From: Oikopleura dioica
Taxonomy: Eukaryota > Animalia > Chordata
Assembly (NCBI GenBank): GCA_907165135.1
Contig: OU015568.1
Coordinates: 13,144,001-13,208,000, forward strand
Length of the DNA: 64,000 nt
Reading direction: 5' to 3'
Part shown: positions 61,201 to 64,000 of the stretch, piece after piece
Layout of the letters: each line of letters begins with the position of its first letter
How positions within the stretch are numbered: the first letter of the stretch is position 1
Notes under the pieces: generated by a model
The model's input: only the letters and a program-made list of their open reading frames with translations
Databases searched by the model: none
Told to the model about the DNA's origin: nothing
Translations under genes and position numbers: made by a program

Positions 61201-63012
61201 GTCTCGTTCAAGAGTTCCTTTTCTCGTTTACTAGCTTCGGAAGCAATCGATCACTTCAAATCGCCCATTGACGGGGCTCTCATCACTGCCTACCGATCCG
61301 CCCGAATTTCTAAATTTCCCAAGTATCTTCTTATCCAATGTCGGCGATTCACAATCGGCGAGAATTGGCAGCCAAAGAAGTTGAATGTCTCGTTGGAAAT
61401 GCCAGAAGAACTGGATCTGGAACCATTGAGAGCGAATGGGCCACAAATCGGCGAGGATGTTTTTAGTGAAGGAAAGGCTCGTTGATGGTGCAATTAAGGG
61501 ATCCCCCCCTCTTTTTTCAAATATTTCTGACGGGTCTCTTTGCAGCATATTTAGATTCCTCGTGTTTTGAGGATCATTTTGATGTATCACATGACCCCTT
61601 AACGAACATCTATCCCCGAAATTTTAGCCTTCGAAAATTGCCAAAATGCATGTAAATTGTACTTAGCGTGAAAATCGGATTTTTTTTCGGTTTTTCAATG
61701 TAATCGAAATACGACATATTAGGGGTCTATCGAAAGCTTAGAATGCACTGAAAAATAATATTATAACCGCACTAGAAATATCAGCCTTATGTTGGCGCTA
61801 GAGAGCGAAAAAACACCAAAAAACGCCAAAAATAGGTACATTTGGTTGTTCTTAAGAAAAATTTCTTATTACTTGACCAAATGACTTCTCTGTACTAGAG
61901 TTTTAAGATTAAACTCTACCCTTTCTAAATTCAGTCGCAGATTTATTCTAACTAAGCCTAAAAAAAAGTAGTTTGCCCTTGAAAATGGCCGAAAACGGCC
62001 TTTTTTCAAAATACACTAACTTCAGCGCCCCGTGTGGCAGGTTTGCGTTTATGAATTTTTATCTCTGTACTAGAGAATTAGCCGCTATAAACGAGCTTTC
62101 ATTTGCGCTATTGCACGCGTAAAATTGAAAGCCCAAAAAAAAGTAGTTTGCCGTCGAAAATGGCGAAAACGGGGGGGGATCCCTTATTAAGACACTTCTT
62201 AAATTTCTTAAAGACACTCTTTTCCGCTCTAGTTGAAGCAGAACACATGTCGAGTCCCGAAAAACAGATGCGCCAAAGGTCGACGAGCAGAAAATTAACC
62301 AACTGGTCGACATGGGTTATCCTTTTAACGCCGCGATGAAAGCACTTTATCACACAAACGAAAGCCTAGAGGTTATCAATGCTCTAATAAAAGTCGAATA
62401 ACGAATAAAATTAGCTGGCGATGGAGTGGTTGATGAGCAATTTGGACAGTCCAGATTTCAACGAACCACTGAAACTCGACAAAACGGCGAAAAAGGAAGA
62501 GAAGACCTTTTCGCCAGAAATAATTGCGATGGTTACATCAATGGGATTTACTGATACGCAATCGAAGAAAGCATTGACAGGTTTGTCCATTATCAGTTGT
62601 TTTTCGAGCTTGAAAAACAAATCAACCCAAATCGATTGATTTTCAAAGTGGAAATGAGCCACTTTGCCGATTACATTTCACGGAGCTTTTTTCACTCTGG
62701 TTATTTTTAGCAACTGACGGGAATGTCGAGCGCGCTATCGATTGGATCTTCTCACACATGGACGAGCTGAACGATGAATCGTCCCCTGCCGAGTCGAGTT
62801 CTTCCGGACCGAACCAGCTGGTTGGTTCTGATTCGTCAAAATACCGCCTCCGCGCCTTCGTCTCGCACATGGGCTCGAGCACGGCCTGTGGACACTATGT
62901 GGCGCACGTGAAAGAGGACGCCCGTTGGATCCTCTTCAACGATAATAAAGTCGCCGTCTCCCAGAAGCCGCCCAGAGACCTTGGCTACCTGTATGTTTAC
63001 GAACAGATATAA
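58270..63012 (+). CDS. USP5: USP5/USP13 (isopeptidase T)-like deubiquitinase
   Basis: ZnF-UBP WKCCKCELTENLWLNLSDG...VKLGTIT, GIKNLGNTCY, QQQDAVEF, two internal UBAs, FVSHMGSSTACGHYVAH; extra N-terminal UBA. Confidence 0.9.
59817..60245 (+). CDS. Nested single-pass membrane protein with multiple PY motifs
   Basis: 142-aa ORF inside USP5 intron 59437-60376; TM FIPLIIIAAAMLILAIHILIV; LPAY, PPAY, LPEY, PPPY. Confidence 0.7.
   Translation: MTFEAVYLDRNNYRVYRPKAEVKLEYFIPLIIIAAAMLILAIHILIVRIRASYKENETNREGGLPAYWDTIVPPPTEESITERFTVTANPPAYEIAVQDDVLPEYETVAKKNDEGVENPAFTMDPPPYSQEPVICTQFTTIF
61496..62185. mobile_element. MITE, 690 bp, inside a USP5 intron
   Basis: 14-bp TIR AAGGGATCCCCCCC / GGGGGGGATCCCTT flanked by ATT on both sides. 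Confidence 0.7.
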
Positions 63013-63246
63013 AAAGAAAGAAAAACAAAGAGAAAGATATTTTCGTTTTGGATATTTCGTGTTTATTTCAAAATGCTCCGAAATCTCCTGAAGCGTAAAA
63101 TTTGACAAATATCAACATTTTACATGTCACCTTCACAGAAAAGTTCAATTATACTGTTATCAGCTTTTTTCCCGCCACTCAATCCATTTACAATACGAAA
63201 ACTAACCATATCTCCATTTCTAGAGCCAAAAAAACAGGATTGAAAA

Positions 63247-64000
63247 ATGAGTGCCACATTGAAATCGGGTCTAACGACGCGCAACAAGAATCTCGATCTA
63301 AAAAGGACGACGAAGAAGACCACCAAGGCCAAGGTGGAAATCTTCAAGGTAAGAACGATTCTGATTTCGATGACAATCAGGAAACGCGTCTTTTTTCGCG
63401 AAAAATCGCTTCCTGTTTTGATTCAAAATGACTCATCATCGTGTTTTAGGAGTCACCGAAAAAACGCCGAGAAGCCAATAAGAAGGCCGAAAAGGCTGCT
63501 GCAGAGAAGGAGAAGACTGAAGAAATTGCAGAGAATTACTGGGAGCTTCTCGCCGAGGAGCGCCGGGTCAAGCTCGAGGCCGCGCTCGAAGAGAACAAGG
63601 ATCTTTGCGAGCTTCTCGAGGTTAGTTGCTGTAACAGGAAATGATACTGGTTCATGTCGTAGTTGATTGAGTGAAGAAAACATCTGACTTGAACCTTGTC
63701 CTTCCTGATTGGCTGGGTTCAAAAGATTTGCGATAAAAAGGGAGAAGTCTTCCCTTTTTCATACCAAATTTCACTCTTTGCGAATGTTCATTTTTCAAAT
63801 GTAAAGAAAGAGGAAATTTCGCAATGATTTATTTGAGACTTGGGTTTTCATTTCCAGACCTTCGCCTTATTCAATTTTCACTTCTAGACCCGAAACGAAG
63901 AGAAAATGGAGCTGGAGCGCGAAAACGAAGCTCTGACAAAAGAGAACGAGTTGCTTCGAGAAAAGGCGATGAAAGTGAACGATCTCGAGAGCATCATCGC
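63247..64000 (+). CDS. GMNN: Geminin-family coiled-coil protein (runs off the window end)
   Basis: NYWELLAEERRVKLEAALEENKDL matches the geminin coiled-coil signature. Confidence 0.75.

Overview
Gene-dense eukaryotic DNA with very short introns (mostly 35-60 nt, some with non-GT donors) and long runs of co-oriented genes. This pattern best fits a larvacean tunicate such as Oikopleura (inference, not a database match). Three parts. (1) 1-4110: a few small host genes. (2) 4111-18714: an apparently intact ~14.6 kb tyrosine-recombinase (DIRS/PAT-like) retrotransposon with split direct repeats (A1...B1A2..B2). It carries RT-RNaseH-adenine-methyltransferase, a tyrosine recombinase and four other genes, has at least 14 resolvable spliceosomal introns, and is saturated with the palindrome GANTC (10-14 per 600 bp versus 2-3 per 600 bp in host genes, hand counts). 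(3) ~20900-64000: about 20 host genes, all on the + strand (DNA2, NPLOC4, ZNF277, SETDB1, RMC1, SKA1-like, nischarin-like, SPTLC1, two histidine phosphatases, RIC3, SNX7/30, COX15, CDK5, USP5, geminin and others). Four unrelated TIR elements (MITEs) sit inside coding exons here, each in a geometry that lets splicing restore the reading frame. All exon structures were deduced by eye and need RNA confirmation.
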